Shown: piece by piece, positions 25,265 through 38,994 of the stretch
How positions within the stretch are numbered: the first letter of the stretch is position 1
Layout: each line of letters opens with the position of its first letter
Source of the DNA: Mobula hypostoma
Lineage: Eukaryota
Direction of reading: 5' to 3'
Assembly: GCF_963921235.1 (NCBI RefSeq)
Contig: NC_086125.1
Coordinates: forward strand, 14,880,001 to 14,944,000
DNA: 64,000 bases
Notes under the pieces: generated by a model
What the model was told of the DNA's origin: nothing
Seen by the model: the letters and a program-made list of their open reading frames with translations, nothing else
Databases searched by the model: none
Translations under genes and position numbers: made by a program

Positions 25265-26703
25265 TAGAGAGAGAATTGGTGAGAGTGTTCAAGGACATTT
25301 TCAACCTCTCTCTGCTATGGGCAGAAGTTCCCACTTGCTTCAAAAGGCAGCAATTATACCAGTGTTTAAGAAGAATAACGTGAGCTGCCTTAATGACGAT
25401 CACCCAATAGCACTCACATTGACGGTAATGGTTGATCATGACTAGACTGAACTCCTGCCTCAGCAAGGACCTGGACACATTGTAATTTGCCTATCGCCAC
25501 AATAGGTCAATGGCAAACACAATCTCAATGGCTCTTCACACGGCCTTAGACCACCTGGACAATACAAACACCTATGTCAGGATGTTGTTCATCGACTATA
25601 GCTCAGCATTTAACACCACCATTCCCATAATACTGATTGATAAATTACAGAACCTGGGCCTCTGTACCTCCCTCTGCAAATGGATCCTTGACCTCCTAAC
25701 TGAAAGACCGCAATCTGTGCGGATTGGTGATAATACTGTATCTCTTTGCTACCGTTCAACACTAGTGCACCTCGGGTGTGTGCTTAGCCTACTGCTCTGC
25801 ACTCTCTATACCCATGACTGTGTGGCTAGGCATAGCTCAAATACCACCTATAAATCTGCTGATGACATAACCACTGTTGGCAGAATCTCAGATGGAGATA
25901 ATAGGGTGTACAGGAGTGAAATACACCAACCAATAGAGTGGTGTCACAGCAACAAGCTTGCACTCAACGTCAGTAAGATGAAAGAGCTGATTGTGGACTT
26001 TGGGAAGGGTAAGACAAAGAAATCCTTGTAGAGGGATCAGAAGTCGAGAGAGAGAGAGCAGTTTCAGGTTCCTGGGTGTCAAGATCTCTGAGGCACTAAC
26101 CTGGTCCCAAAATATCGATGCAGCTATAAACAAGGCAAGATAGCAACTATACTTCATTAGGAGTTTGAAGAGATTTGGTATGTCGCCAAAAACACACAAA
26201 AACCTCTATAGATGTACCGTGGAAAGCATTCTGACAGGCTGCATCACTGTCTGGTATGGGGGACTACTGCATAGGACCGAAAGAAGCTGCAGAGGGTTGT
26301 AAATTTAGTCGGCTCCATCTTGGGTATCAGCCTACAAAGTACCCAGATATCTTCAAAGAACAGTGTCTCAGAAAGGCAGCGTCCATTATTAAGGACCCCC
26401 AGCACCCAGGGCATTCACCTTTCTCATTGTTACCATCAGGAAGGAGATACAGAGGCCTGAAGGCACACACTCAGTGATTCAGGAACAGCTTCTTCCCCTC
26501 TGCCATCCGATTCCTAAATGGACACTGAACCCTTGGACACTACCTCACTTTCTCAATATATATTATTTCTGTTTTTGCACAATTTTTAATCTCCAATATT
26601 TATTTTCTCTTCTATGTTTTGAATTGCATTGAACTGCTGCTGCTAAGTTAGCAAATTTCATGACACATGAAGGTGATAATAAACCTGATTCTGATTCTGA
26701 TTG
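25265..26703 (+). mobile_element. Rex1/Babar LINE, 5'-truncated and degraded
   Basis: RT motifs [44 protein letters not shown]; tail AATAAACCTGATTCTGATTCTGATT. Confidence 0.92.
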
Positions 26704-27320
26704 ACTGGGAGGAGGTTAAGAGTGGACAGAAAGGAGGCCTTTTCTTGTCATCTGCTGGTAAGTGGTACTGTTCAGTAGGGGAACGACTTCTTTTTACATT
26801 ATATGTCAATGATTTGGACAACAGATTTAATGGATTTGCAGCCATATTTGCATATGACATAAATATTGGTGGAGGATAGTTAATTTTGAGGAATCAGGGA
26901 GTCTCCAGAAGGACATTAATTAGGACAATGGGCAAAGAAGTGGCAGATGGAATATAGTGTAGGGATATGTATGGTCAAGCATTTTAGTAGGAGGAATAAT
27001 GGTGTAGATTATTTTCTAAACAGGGAGAAATATTACAAGTTGGAGGTCCACAAGGACTTAAGAGTCCTTATGCAGGATTCCATAAAGGTTAACTTGCAGG
27101 TTGAGTAGGTGATAAGGAAGGCAAATGCAATGTTAGCATTCCTTTTCAGACGACTGGAATATAAAATCAAGGGTGTAATGCGGAGGCGTTAGAAGGCATT
27201 GGTCAGACTACACTTTTGAGTATAGTGAGCAATTTTTGAGCCCCTTATCTAAGAAATGATGTGGAATTGGGGAAGGTCTAGAGGAGGTTCAGGAGAAGGA
27301 TACCAGGAATGAAAGGTTAA
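26704..27320 (+). mobile_element. CR1 RT fragment
   Basis: LFTLYVNDLD, KKWQMEYSV; homologous to 7620-8270. Confidence 0.85.
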
Positions 27321-28205
27321 CAAGGACAAGAACCCCTTTAAGGCTGGAGCTTCAACGTTAATGATTGCAGGATGTAGTGGCATGTGTTCCAAAAATAGTG
27401 ACATTCGCTGCGGAAGTACAGAATACCCAATCAATAGAAAGTCTAGAAACGGGCACAACTGCTTGAAAGAGGATTGAGGGAAAACTGGGCTCTGGCAGGG
27501 TTGGAATGAACATGCACCATTTAACTGCCAGTTCATTTGTTCGTTCGGCACAATTATTGAATGGCCGGATTATTCCTGACATTTGGCACTTCCCTATTTT
27601 GTTTCCACAGTGGTTTCTCCTGGTCTACTTGCACTAAGGTTCCTCTCATCTCTCTCAGACCTCTTCTGCATAACAGCTGCTTTATATCAATGTATCAGAG
27701 TTTTTTTTATGTTAGTGTAAGTTTAAATCCGACAGCACACATACAAAATAGAATGTGAGCATGCAGAATGGCAGAATTTGATATTAGGCTGATTTATCCA
27801 CTGACTTTCCTTTATTCATAAGCTTGAAATTCAGGATGTTTGCTGGTGATTACAACCCCATTCACACTACTCAACAAATGCAGCCCATGCCTTCAGGCAG
27901 CATAACTTAGATAACATTTGGATCTGGGTTGGTAAGTGGAAAATAATTTTTTTTTAGCGCTAAAACAGCTCTGTACCTTCACAGGCATCCATCACCCTAT
28001 ATACAATACTCCACCTACCACACGCACAAAGTGCCTGCAGTGTGTAGCAGCAAAAAAATCACTGCAGTTTCTTGCCTCAGCTACTCTACTAGTCTCATCC
28101 AAAACCCATAGGGTTAGCTAGAAAAAAAAAGAAAGGAAATATGCAACACATATCAAAGTTGCTGGTGAACGCAGCAGGCCAGGCAGCATCTCTAGGAAGA
28201 GGTAC

Positions 28206-28241
28206 AGTCGACGTTTCGGGCCGAGACCCTTCGTCAGGACT
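28206..28241 (-). ncRNA. Minimal type I hammerhead ribozyme motif in a ~100-bp Penelope pLTR fragment (28143-28241)
   Basis: Consensus-like copy AGUC-CUGACGA-A-GGGU(CUCG)GCCC-GAAA-CGUC/GACU on minus. Confidence 0.78.
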
Positions 28242-28364
28242 CATCGTCAGGGAAATATGCATATGGAGCATGTAGCAAATCTCCATGTGAGCGTGCACGC
28301 GCACGTACACAAACACACAGACACACGTACACACATACTTTGCACACAATTCAGTCTAGGAAAT

Positions 28365-28770
28365 ATATCACCAGTCACTTGGTATACGTATATGTCACTG
28401 CATTACAACCCTGACATTCATTTGTTTCCAGGCATTTACAGTTGATTCAAATAAACACGATAGAATCAAAGAAAACTGCGCACAAGATGGACAAACAACC
28501 AATGTGCAAAAGACAATAAACTGTGCAAACACAAAAATGAAACAAATAAATAAACAATAAATATTGAGAATGTGAGATGAAGAATCCTTGAAAGTGAGTC
28601 CATTGGCTTCTGGAGCAGTTCAGTGTTGGGGTGAGTGAAGTCGAGTGGAGTTACCCCTTTTGGTTCAAGAACCCGATGGTTGAGGAGTAATAACTGTTGC
28701 TGAACCTGGTGGTGTGAGCCCTGAGGCTCCTGTACTTTCTTCCTGATGGCAGCAGTGAGACGAGAGTTTG
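28365..28770 (-). mobile_element. Rex1/Babar 3' fragment
   Basis: Reverse complement gives LPSGRKYRSLRAHTTRFSNS followed by a T-rich 3' UTR. Confidence 0.75.
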
Positions 28771-30104
28771 GGTAGCCATGTCAAAGTAGCCAGGCAAAAA
28801 AAAAAAACTGTGGTGGACTTTTCAGGTGGTGTTCAATGTCATTGAAAATAATTATGCACTGGGAATTAGTAGACTCAGGTAGGTGTCCATTGGATTGGAA
28901 AGTACACGTAGCAGAATTGTATACATATTCAATGAAGTGGAACAATGATGCACACACATGTTAGATTGAGGTGCAAGGATGACCTCAACTGAATTAACTG
29001 CACACTTACTGTACCTACAAGAGCTGGTCCGAGGCTAAGCCTCCTCTGAAGGCTCAGATTCTGCCAGATGTATGTGATGGAAATCTGTCCATTTGCCTGA
29101 CTGAGTGCAGCTTCTTAGCCCTAAAACAGCTCCGTACCATCCCGGACAAAGCAATCCACTTGCCCGGCCCCTTGCATCCAGCCTATACACTTACACCACC
29201 TACAGTTGGTGCATTACACTTGGTGCAAAGATGCACACACAGTAAATTGATGTATACATGGTGAAATAACAGACACAGTTAATATAATAGCGTGCATTGT
29301 AGGATATTTTCTCATTCAGCGGAATGATACGCAAGCAATGGCATGGAGTGCACGGTGTGGGATAGAGCACTCAGTGGAACTGAACAATAGTGGAACGGTG
29401 TCTGCACAGCGGAGTGGTACACATACAGTATGGTAGACTGTTGCACATGCAGTACAGGGTGAATACAAACTGGAAGGGTGTACACTTAGTGGAATATACA
29501 TACATGGTGTTATGCTTTATTCACAATGGAATGATGTACACACAGGGGAAATAGATGCATACAGTAGAATTGTGTCCTCACAATAGAAGGGCATACACAA
29601 CAATGGAATATTTTATATACAGTAGAATAGTGTATGCAAAGTTGAATTGTGCATACAGTGGGCTGGTTTACACACAATGGAATGACGCATACACAGTTTA
29701 ATGCTGTGCAAATGGACTATTTAACATAGAGTGCATTGGTGCATACACAATTAAATGCTGTGCAAACAGTAAACTGTTTAACACAGTGAAATGAAGTTCC
29801 TGCATTGGAATGGTGCACACACAGTAGAACAATGTGCACACAGTGAATTGGTGTACAGATAGCGGAATGTTGCAGACACAGTGCAATGGTGTGTATTCAG
29901 TGGGATAATGTACACACAGTGGAATGGTTGACAAATATTGGAATGATATACTCACAATGGAATGATGTACACACCTGTACATGCCAGAATATTTGACAGA
30001 GATTAGAACATTGGATCGGGGCACAAACATTGGATCAGTGTACACACAGTGGAATGTTATACAAGCAGTAGAAATGTGTCCTCATAATGGAAAGGTGTAC
30101 TTAG

Positions 30105-30566
30105 TGTTGGATCTCTGTTTAATTTCTGATCTTTTGGGCTCTTCCGAGAGTCAAAAATGGTGAGCAGTCTTAATTCTAAAATTTCAGTTTATTTTGGAGC
30201 ACAAACAATCATACAAATACTGAGCAAACTGAATAAAGAGTGGAGAAATGACACTAAGAGAGGAATTAAATGCCAAGGAGGGTAAGGCAAAGAAATAAAG
30301 ATGGCATTTCTGAAAAATCTATCACTTTTATAGATAAAGAACATTCGTTAGATAGGAATGAATGAATTAATAAGCTACATAATTAAAACAATTACATCAC
30401 ATGGGTAATGTGCTAATATGTAGCCAATGAAAAATGAGAAAGGTGATAAACCGTTAGTTTAGCTGCTATCACGCTTTCTGTCAGTGAGTGTGAAAAAATA
30501 CATGAGTTTGTTAAAAGGTACAGATCTTATAAAAAGTGCTATTTGAAGAAACAGTGGTTTTCAACA
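30105..30566 (-). mobile_element. Solo LTR, ERV-like (462 bp)
   Basis: TGTTG...CAACA termini, 4-bp flanks TTAG/TCAG, TATAAAA (near 30330) and AATAAA (near 30190) on minus, clean insertion into the minisatellite. Confidence 0.75.
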
Positions 30567-31203
30567 TCAGACAGTGGGATGTTTTACATAGAGTAGAATG
30601 GCACACACACAGTGGAACGTTGTACATGTAGTGGAATGCTACACATACATTGGAATGGTGCACACACATTGGAATGGTGTATAGACAGTGGGACGATGTG
30701 CACACAGTAGAATGGTCGAGAAACATTGAAACACTATACTCATAGTGGAATAGTGTACACACTCTGGAATATTTAACACTCATTAGAATTGTGTATGTTT
30801 AGTGGAACTATCTAAACACATTCAAATGATGCACTAACATTGGAACAATGTTCACACAGTGAACTTGTATTTGCACAGTAGAAATGCATCCTTCCAGTAG
30901 AAAGGTGTACAAGGACAGTGAATTTTATACACAGTAAAATAGTGTACAAGCAGTGAAATGGTGCCCACACAGTGAAGTGATGCGCGCACACACACTGAAA
31001 TAGCGCATGCACAGTTCAATGTTTTATACTTAGTGGAGTGCTGTATACACTGTGGACTGTTTCATGAAGAAAGAAATGGTGCACACAGAGTGAAATGGTG
31101 GATGCATAATGGAAGGATGTTTTCTTTACAGTGGAATGGTGTACACACACAGTAGCATGTAGAAACAATGGAAAAGTACTCATTAATGTAATTGTATATC
31201 GTG

Positions 31204-31862
31204 AGGGGAAGATGGCGGCACCACACAGCTTGCAGCGGTCGCTCCGGTGGTGATGTCATTTGTCAAGTAGGGTGCCGTGTACAATCCTGATTTAATGGAG
31301 ATGGATGTGGGAGCACGGAGGAACATCTGGAGAAACTTCTGAAATGCCTGCTTCACTGCTGCTGCTACCGTGTGGTCCAGAATCTCGGGAGGAGAAGGCC
31401 CTGAGTCCTCGGCTTTGCTTGTTGCTCAGTGGCCGGGGCCAGGGTCGAAGCGCTTGGCAGAGGGTGGTGCTCGGAGAGGCTGTATCGGAGGCGCTGGTCA
31501 GAGGCTCGAAGTTTTCGGACGGACTCAGTTGGCTGCGGTTGGGTACTTCCAATTCATCGGCAAGTTGTCGGCGCTTGGAGGTTCATGGCAGGGAGAGTTT
31601 CTCCCTTCTACCGTCTGCATGAGTCGATCGGAACTTTGAGACTTTTTTTTTACCGTGCCCATGGTCTGCTCTTAATCAAATTACGGTATTGCTTTGCATT
31701 GTTGTAACTATATGTTATAATTATGTGGTTTTGTCAGTTTTAATCTTGGTTTGTCCTGTTTTTTTGTGATATTCTGGAGGAACGTATCATTTTTTAATGC
31801 ATGTATTTCTAAATGACAATAAAGGAGGACTGAGTGTCCTCATAATCTAATCCAATCTAATA
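31204..31862 (+). mobile_element. Young non-autonomous LINE-derived element
   Basis: Begins GGGGAAGATGGCGGC (YY1-type motif), CpG-rich 5' half, AATAAA then (ATCTA)n tail; interrupts the minisatellite. Confidence 0.65.
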
Positions 31863-32612
31863 TATATGTAGTAGAATTGTGAGCACAGAAGGGTGATGAA
31901 GACACTCAATAGATTTGTATGATCAGAGTAGAACTGTGCACACTGCAGGACGGTATACAGAAATATATATGCAGAAATGTGTGACTGCACACACGCAAGT
32001 ATGCATGCACAAAGTGTTGGCATTGTGCACACTTGAATGGTACACACAAGGTAGAATGCTGTATACACCAAGTGAAATCAGGTACACCCTTCTTGTCACT
32101 GGAATCGGTGCTAAACCATTTAAACTATGTGAATGGACAGAAACACCTAGGGGTACAATTGAAAAATTCCATGGTAATATATTAACTTCGAATATATTAA
32201 ATCAAACCATGTAAAAAGTCCAAGATTATATAGGACCGGGTTATACAATGGGATACTTATGCTGTGAGACTGGGAAGGAAATTTCCTCTGGTCACTTAAA
32301 GTCTTCCATCATCAGCATTTGTGTAGCAACTTCTGTCCAAAAAAGTGCCAACCTATGAAGGAATCAAGTGCAAGGGAATCAATGGATAAGAGTCAATGTA
32401 TAAGGGATAAGGGGCCATGGGCGAAACTGGTGCTGAGTTAACAGTGAGGCAGGGATCACTTCAAATGGTCTGACCCTGATTCCATTCCTTATAAGCTGAT
32501 GACTCGAATCCATTTTGAAAGTCACTTTTACACATGTGCTCCAACACACAGTGAATATTTACATGCTCACAAACCCCTCAGTTTGACAGGACATTTAGGA
32601 ACCCAGCAATCA

Positions 32613-32737
32613 GAAGCAGAAGTGATTTTGCTTCATGTAATTCAGCAGAACAGATTGGGAGTTGTTCTGTTTTACCATGAGGAAATCTGTTAGACAAGAA
32701 GCTGTGTCTCTCCAACTCCCTCGCATGTTGTTGAAAG
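32613..32737 (+). pseudogene. Orphan paralogous lectin promoter plus first exon (MRKSVRQEAVSLQLPRMLLK-G)
   Basis: Shares GAAGCAGAAGTGATTT, CAGAACAGA and CATGAGGAA with the reverse complement of 22890-22980. accATG at 32677, open for 61 nt to phase-1 donor AAG|GTAAGA. No intact downstream TM or CTLD exons found in the window. Confidence 0.6.
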
Positions 32738-34936
32738 GTAAGAAGTATAGATGAAAATATGGAGTCGAATGGGAGTGATCAAACTATCACCAAGATTTAT
32801 CCCAAAACACTGAGGGAAGACAAAAGTGCTGAAGCTGGGTATGCTCAGATTAGGGATGCACACAAAATGTTGGAGGAACTTTGCAGGTCAGGCAGCATCT
32901 ATGGAGGCAAATGAACAGTTGACATATTGAGCAGAGACCCTTCATCAGGACTCAAAAGGAAGATAAAAGAACCCAGAATAAATAAGATTGGGAGAGGGAA
33001 GGAACACCAGCTGACAGGTAATGAGTGACTCCAGATGAGAGTGGGAGGTAGATGGGTGGAAAGGGGTGATGAAAGGGAATGACGTGAGAAAATGGGAGGT
33101 GACACATGGAAAAAAGGCCTGAAGAAGAAGGAATCTGATAGAAGAGGGCAATTGGCCATGGAATACAAGGAAAGAAGTGGGGAATCAGAAGGAGGTAATG
33201 GGCAGGTCATGAGGGTAGAGGAGGGGAAGAGAAGGGATGATCAGTTAGGAGTGATGACTGGAAAAAGGAGTCAAGGAGAAAGTGATTTCTGTGGAAAGTT
33301 GGGCTGGGGTGGGGGGTGTGGGAGATTGAGAGAAAGATGCATCTGGTGGTAGGTTCCTGTTGGAAGTGGCAGATGTTAGAAACATAGAAACAGAGAAGAC
33401 CTACAGCACAATATAGGGTTTTCAGCCCACAAAGCTGTGCCGAACACGTCCTTATCTTAGAAATTACCTCGGATTACCCATAGCCCTCTATTTTTCTAAG
33501 CTCCATGTAACTATCCAGCTCTTAAAAGACCCTACAATATCTGCCTCCACCACTATCACCAGCAGTCCATTCCACACACTCACCACTCTCGGTGTAAAAA
33601 ACATACCCTGACTTCTCCTCTATACCTACTTCCAAGCACCTTAAAACTGTGCCCTCTCATGCCAGCCATTTCAGCCCTGGGTAAAAGCCTCTGACTAGCC
33701 ACACGACCAATGATTCTCATCATCTTATACACCTCTATCAGGTCACCTCTCATCCTCCGTCGCTAAAGGAGAAAAGGCCAAGTTCACTCAACCTATTCTC
33801 ATAAGGCATGCACCTCAATCCAGGCAACATCCTTGTAAATCTCCTCTGCACCCTTTCTATGGTTTCCACATCATTCCTGTAGTGAGCCGACCAGAACTGA
33901 GCACAGTACTCCAAGTAGGATCTGACCAGGGTCCTATATAGCAGCAACATTACCTCTCAGCTCCTAAGCTCAATCCCATGATTGATGAATCGTGATTGAT
34001 GTGCTTTCTTATCCACAGAGTCAACCTGCGCAGCAGCTTTGAGTGTCCTAGGACTCAACTCCAAGATCCCTCTGATCCTCGGCACTGCCAAGAGTCTTGC
34101 CATTAATATTATATTCTGCCATCACATTTGAACCTCATATGCCACTTCTCAGCCTAGTTTTGCATCCTATCGATGTCCCACTGTAACCTCTGACAGCCCT
34201 CCACACTATCCACAACACCCCCAACCTTTGTGTGATCAGCAAATTTATCCCTCCACTACCTCATTCAGGTCACTTATAAAAGTCATGACAAGTAGGGGTC
34301 CCAGAACAGATCCCTGAGGCACACTGGGTCACCGAGCTCCATGCAGAATATGACCTGTCTGCAACCATTCTTTGCCTTCTGTGGGCAAGCCAGTTCTGAA
34401 TCCGCAAAGCAATGTTCCCTTGGATCCCATGCCTCCTTACTTTCTCAATAAGCCTGGCATGGGGTACCTTATCAAATGCCTTGCTGAAATCCATATACAC
34501 TACATCTACTGCTCTACATTCATCAATGTGTTTAGTCACATCCTCAAAAATTTCAATCAAGCTCGTAAGGCATGATTTGTCTTTCACAATGCTATGCTGA
34601 CTGTTCCTAATTATATTATGCCTCTCCAAATGTTCATGAATCCTGCCTCTCAGGATCTTCTCCATCAAATTACCAACCACTGAAGTAAGACTCACTGGTC
34701 TATAATTTCCTGGGCTATCTATACTCACTTTCTTAAATAAAGGAACAACATCCGCAACCCTCCAGTCCTCTGGAAACTCTCCCATCCCAACTGATGATGC
34801 AAAGATCATCACTGAGGCTCAGCAATCTCTTCTCTCACCTCCCACAGTAGCCTGGGGTCCATCTCATCTGGTCCCAGTGACTTATCCAACATGATGCTTT
34901 CCAAAAGCTCCAGCACATCCTCTTCCTTAATATCTA

Positions 34937-36524
34937 GACACTAGACACTAGACACTAGAATACTACAGCACAGTACAGGCCCTTCAGCCCTCAATGTTAT
35001 GCCGACCCATATATTCCTAAAAAAATGTACTAAACCCACACTACCCCGTAACCCTCTATTTTTCTTTCATCCATGTGCCTGTCCAAGAGGCTCTTAAATA
35101 CCCCTAATGTTTTGGCCTCCACCACCATCCCTGGCAAGTCATTCCAGGCACCCACAACCCTCTGTGTAAAAAACATACCCCTGATGTCTCCCCTAAACTT
35201 CCCTCCCTTAACTTTGTACATATGCCCTCTGGTGTCTGCTATTCGTGCCCTAGGAAATAGGTACTGGCTATCCACCCTAGCTATGCCTCTCATAATCTTG
35301 TAGACCTCTATCAAGTCCCCTCTCATCCTTCTACGCTCCAGAGAGAAAAGTCCAGCTCTGCTAACCTTGCCTCATAAGACTTGTTTTCCAATCCAGGCAA
35401 CATCCTGGTAAAACTCCTCTGCACTCTCTCCATAGCTTCCACATCCTTCCTATAATGAGGTGACCAGAACTGAACACAATACTCTAAGTGTGGTCTCACC
35501 AGAGATTTGTAGAGTTGCAACATGACCTCTCTACTCTTCAACTCAATCCCCCTATTAATGAAGCCTAGCTTCCCATAGGCCTTCTTCACTATCCTATCAA
35601 CCTGTGCAGTGACCTTGAGGGATGTATGGCTTTGAACCCCAAGGTCCCTCTGTTTGTCCACACTCCTAAGTAACTGACCATTAACCTTGTGCTCAGCCTT
35701 CTGGTTTGTCCTTCCAAAATGCATCACCTTGCACTTATCTGGATTGAACTCCATCTGCCACTTTTCTGCCCAACTCTGCATCCTGTCTATATCCTCTTGC
35801 AACCTTTGGCAACCTACAGCTCCATCCACAACTCCTCCAATCTTAGTGTCATCTGCAAACTTACTCACCCATCTTTCCGCCTCTTCATCCAGGTCATTTA
35901 TAAAAATCACAAAGAGCAGGTGTTCCAGGTCAGATCCTTGCGGCACTCTGCTGATCATTGACCTCCAGGCAGAATACCTTTTTTCCACTACTCCCCTCTG
36001 CTTTCTTCCTGTAAGCCAATTTTTTATCCAAACACCCAAGGTTCCACTGATCTCATGCCTCATGAATTTCTGGATGAATCTCTCGTGGGGGACCTTGTCA
36101 AAGGCCTTGCTAAAATCCATGTAGACCACATCTGCAGCCCTACCCTCATCAATTTCTTTTGTTACCTCTTCAAGAAACTCAATTAGGCTCGTGAGGCATG
36201 ACCTTCCTTTTACAAAGCCATGTTGACTATCCTTGAGTAGACTGTCCTTCTCCAAATGCTCGTAGATCCTATCCTTAAAAATCCTTTCCAATAGTTTGCA
36301 GAACACCGACGTGAGACTCCCCAGTCTATAGTTCCCAGGATTCTCCCTATTACCTTTTTTAAACAAGGGAACTACATTTGCCATTCTCCAATCCCCCGGT
36401 ACCTCCCCTGCAGCCAAAGAGGACTCAAAGATCATAGCTACTGCCCCAGCGATCTCTTCTCTCACTTCCCACAGAAACCTGATGTAGAACACGTCCGGCC
36501 CTGGGGACTTATCAATCTTGATGT
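34937..36524 (-). mobile_element. Nested younger CR1, 5'-truncated, with 389-aa open RT frame (35323-36492)
   Basis: YMDFSKAFDK, PQGS, KFADD; tail (TGTCTAG)n on minus; TATCTA duplicated at 34931-34936 and 36525-36530. Confidence 0.92.
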
Positions 36525-37680
36525 TATCTACATGCTCAAGCTTTTCAGTCCGCTGTAAGTCATTCTTACAATTGCCTTTTCCGTAGTGAATACTGAAGTA
36601 AAGTATTAATTAAGTACCTCTGCTATCTCCTCCAGTTCCATACACACTTTTCCACTGCCACGCTTGTTTAGTCCTAATCTCTTACATCTTATCCTCTTGC
36701 TCTTCACATACTTGTAGAATGCCTTGGGGTTTTCCTGAATCCTATCTGCCAAGGCCTTTTCTTGGCCCCTTTCTGGCTCTCCTAATTTCATTTCATGCTG
36801 GCCTTATAATCTTCTAGATCTCTATCATTACCTAGTTTTTAGAACCCATCATAAGGTTTTCTTTTCTTCTTGACTAGATTTACAACAGCCTTTGTACACC
36901 ACGGTTCCTGTACCCTACCATCCTTTCCCTGTCTCATTGGAACATACCTATGCAGAACTCCACACAAATATCCCCTGAACATTTGCCACATTTCTTCCAT
37001 ATGTTTCCCTGAGAATATCTGTTTCCAATTTATGCTTCCTAGTTCCTGCCTGATAGCCTCATATTTCCCCTTACTCCAATTAAGCACTTTCCTAACTTGT
37101 CTGTTCCTATCCCTCTCCAAAGCTATAGTAAAAGAGATACAATTGTGATCACTATCTCCAAAATGTTCTCCCTCTGAGTGATCTGACACATGACTAGGTT
37201 TATTTCCCAATACCAGATCAAGTACAGCCTCTCCTCTTGTAGGCTTATCTACATATTGTGTCAAGAAACCTTCCTGAACACATCTAACAAACTCCATCCC
37301 ATCTAAACCCCTCGGTCTAGGGATATGCCAATCGATATTTGGGAAATTAAAATCTCCCACCACAACAACTCTGCTATTATTACACCTTTCCAGAAACTGT
37401 CTCCCTATTGGCTCCTCGATGTCTCTGTTACTATTAAGGTGGTCTATAAAAAACACCCAGTAGAGTTATTGACCCCTTCCTATTCCTAACTTGCACCCAC
37501 AGAGACTCCGTAGACAATCCCTCCATGACTTCCTCCTTTTCTGCAGCCGTGACACTATCTCTGATCAAGAGTGCCACACCCCCACCTCTTTTGCCTCCCT
37601 CCCTGTCCTTTCTGAAACATCTAAAGTCTGGCACTCGAAGTAACCATTCCTGCCCCCTGAGCCATCCAAGTCTCTGTAAT

Positions 37681-38994
37681 TGTCACAATGGGGGCGTTGG
37701 GAATGGACCCAAATGCAAGACACAGATACTGAAGTACAAGGAACAGGACTGGTCTAAAGTAGGGATGTGACAGGATACAGACAAGAAGCAGGGACAAGAA
37801 TGCAGACTTGGGCTTGGACCCCGAGCCAGAGACTGGACAAGGACCCAGAGTCTGTGTCTTGCCTCGGGCTCGGGCCCCAGAACTAGGCAAGGACATGACA
37901 TGACTGCAGTACTGGAGTCTGGGGTCTTGAGGCTTGAGCTTGGAGACAGGCTTGGGGTCTTGAGGCGGCTTGAGCTTGGAGACAGGCTTGGGGTCTTGAG
38001 GCTTGAGCTTGGAGACAGGCTTGGGGTCTTGATCTTGAGGCCTGCAGGCTGGGGTCTTGGTCTTGAGTCTAGGGTACTTCGAAGCTTGGGTATGGACTCC
38101 GAGCCAGAGACTGGGCAAGGACCCAGAACCTGGGTCTTGACTCGGGCTCAGACTCCAGAACTAGGCGAGGACTGGATGAGGCTACAGGGCTGGACATGGC
38201 TTGGGTGTGGAACTCCTGGGTAGGGCGAGACACAAGTACAGGTAAAAGTACATGGACAGGACTCGGATAGGACTGGACTAGGCATGGACTGGACGAGGGC
38301 CTTCAGGAGCACGAAACCTTGGACTAGAAGAGACAGGAGCACGGAACACAGAGCCAGGGCCCCTCCTTGGGAACAGGACATAGGGCAGGGACTCACACAC
38401 ATAACACAGAGCTGGGACCCCTCCTTGGGGACAGGACGTAGGGCTGGGACTCATGCAGAACACAGAACACTGAACATGAAGAGACCGATCCAAACACAAG
38501 GTGGCAGCACACAGCCAGACCCACCTAGCGAAGGCGTGAACACAGAGACAGATCCCAACACCAGGTAACGGCAAATGCCCAGACCTACCTATTGAATGCA
38601 TGAAGACAGAGAGACAATTCCAGACAACGAAAGACAGTTCCTTATCTTGACCTAACAAGGCTCTGGTCTTGCTCCGGTGGTAAGACTTCAGCAATACAGG
38701 TGGGTATACAGGCTAGGTGAGTAGGCAGAGAGTTAGGTGAGGTATCCAGGCAGAGAGTCAGGTGAGGTATCCAGGCAGGGAGTCAGGCAAGGTTTCCAGG
38801 CAGAGAGTCAGGCAAGGGAGGAAAGACAAGGAGGGGAACAGAACAGTCCAGCAGGGAATCCCTGGTTTGCAGAGGTATTTATGTCTCAGCCCCAAAACAA
38901 GAAACGTGCCCACAACAGAAACTGGGGAAAACCAGAAACCCCGGAACAAGGAACCATGGACCGGAACACGGATTTCACGGACTGGACTATGACA
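37681..38994 (-). mobile_element. Solo Gypsy-type LTR (1314 bp) nested in CR1
   Basis: TGTCA...TGACA termini, 5-bp TSD GTAAT (37676-37680 and 38995-38999), internal tandem sub-repeats, related to the LTRs at 50897-53866. Confidence 0.9.

Larger units (their letters stand above)
29200..32075. repeat. Degenerate ~21-bp minisatellite (approx. CACACAGTGGAATGGTGTA), interrupted by two insertions
   Basis: Dozens of diverged copies at 29200-30104, 30567-31200 and 31865-32075; accounts for the H/C/T-rich spurious ORFs. Confidence 0.85.

Noticed and set aside
32085-32352. Possible decayed minus-strand cytoplasmic exons (DRSCYTNADDGRL*)
   Set aside because: Needs a TTG start, has an in-frame stop and no GT donor; a better exon 1 exists at 22781-22811.
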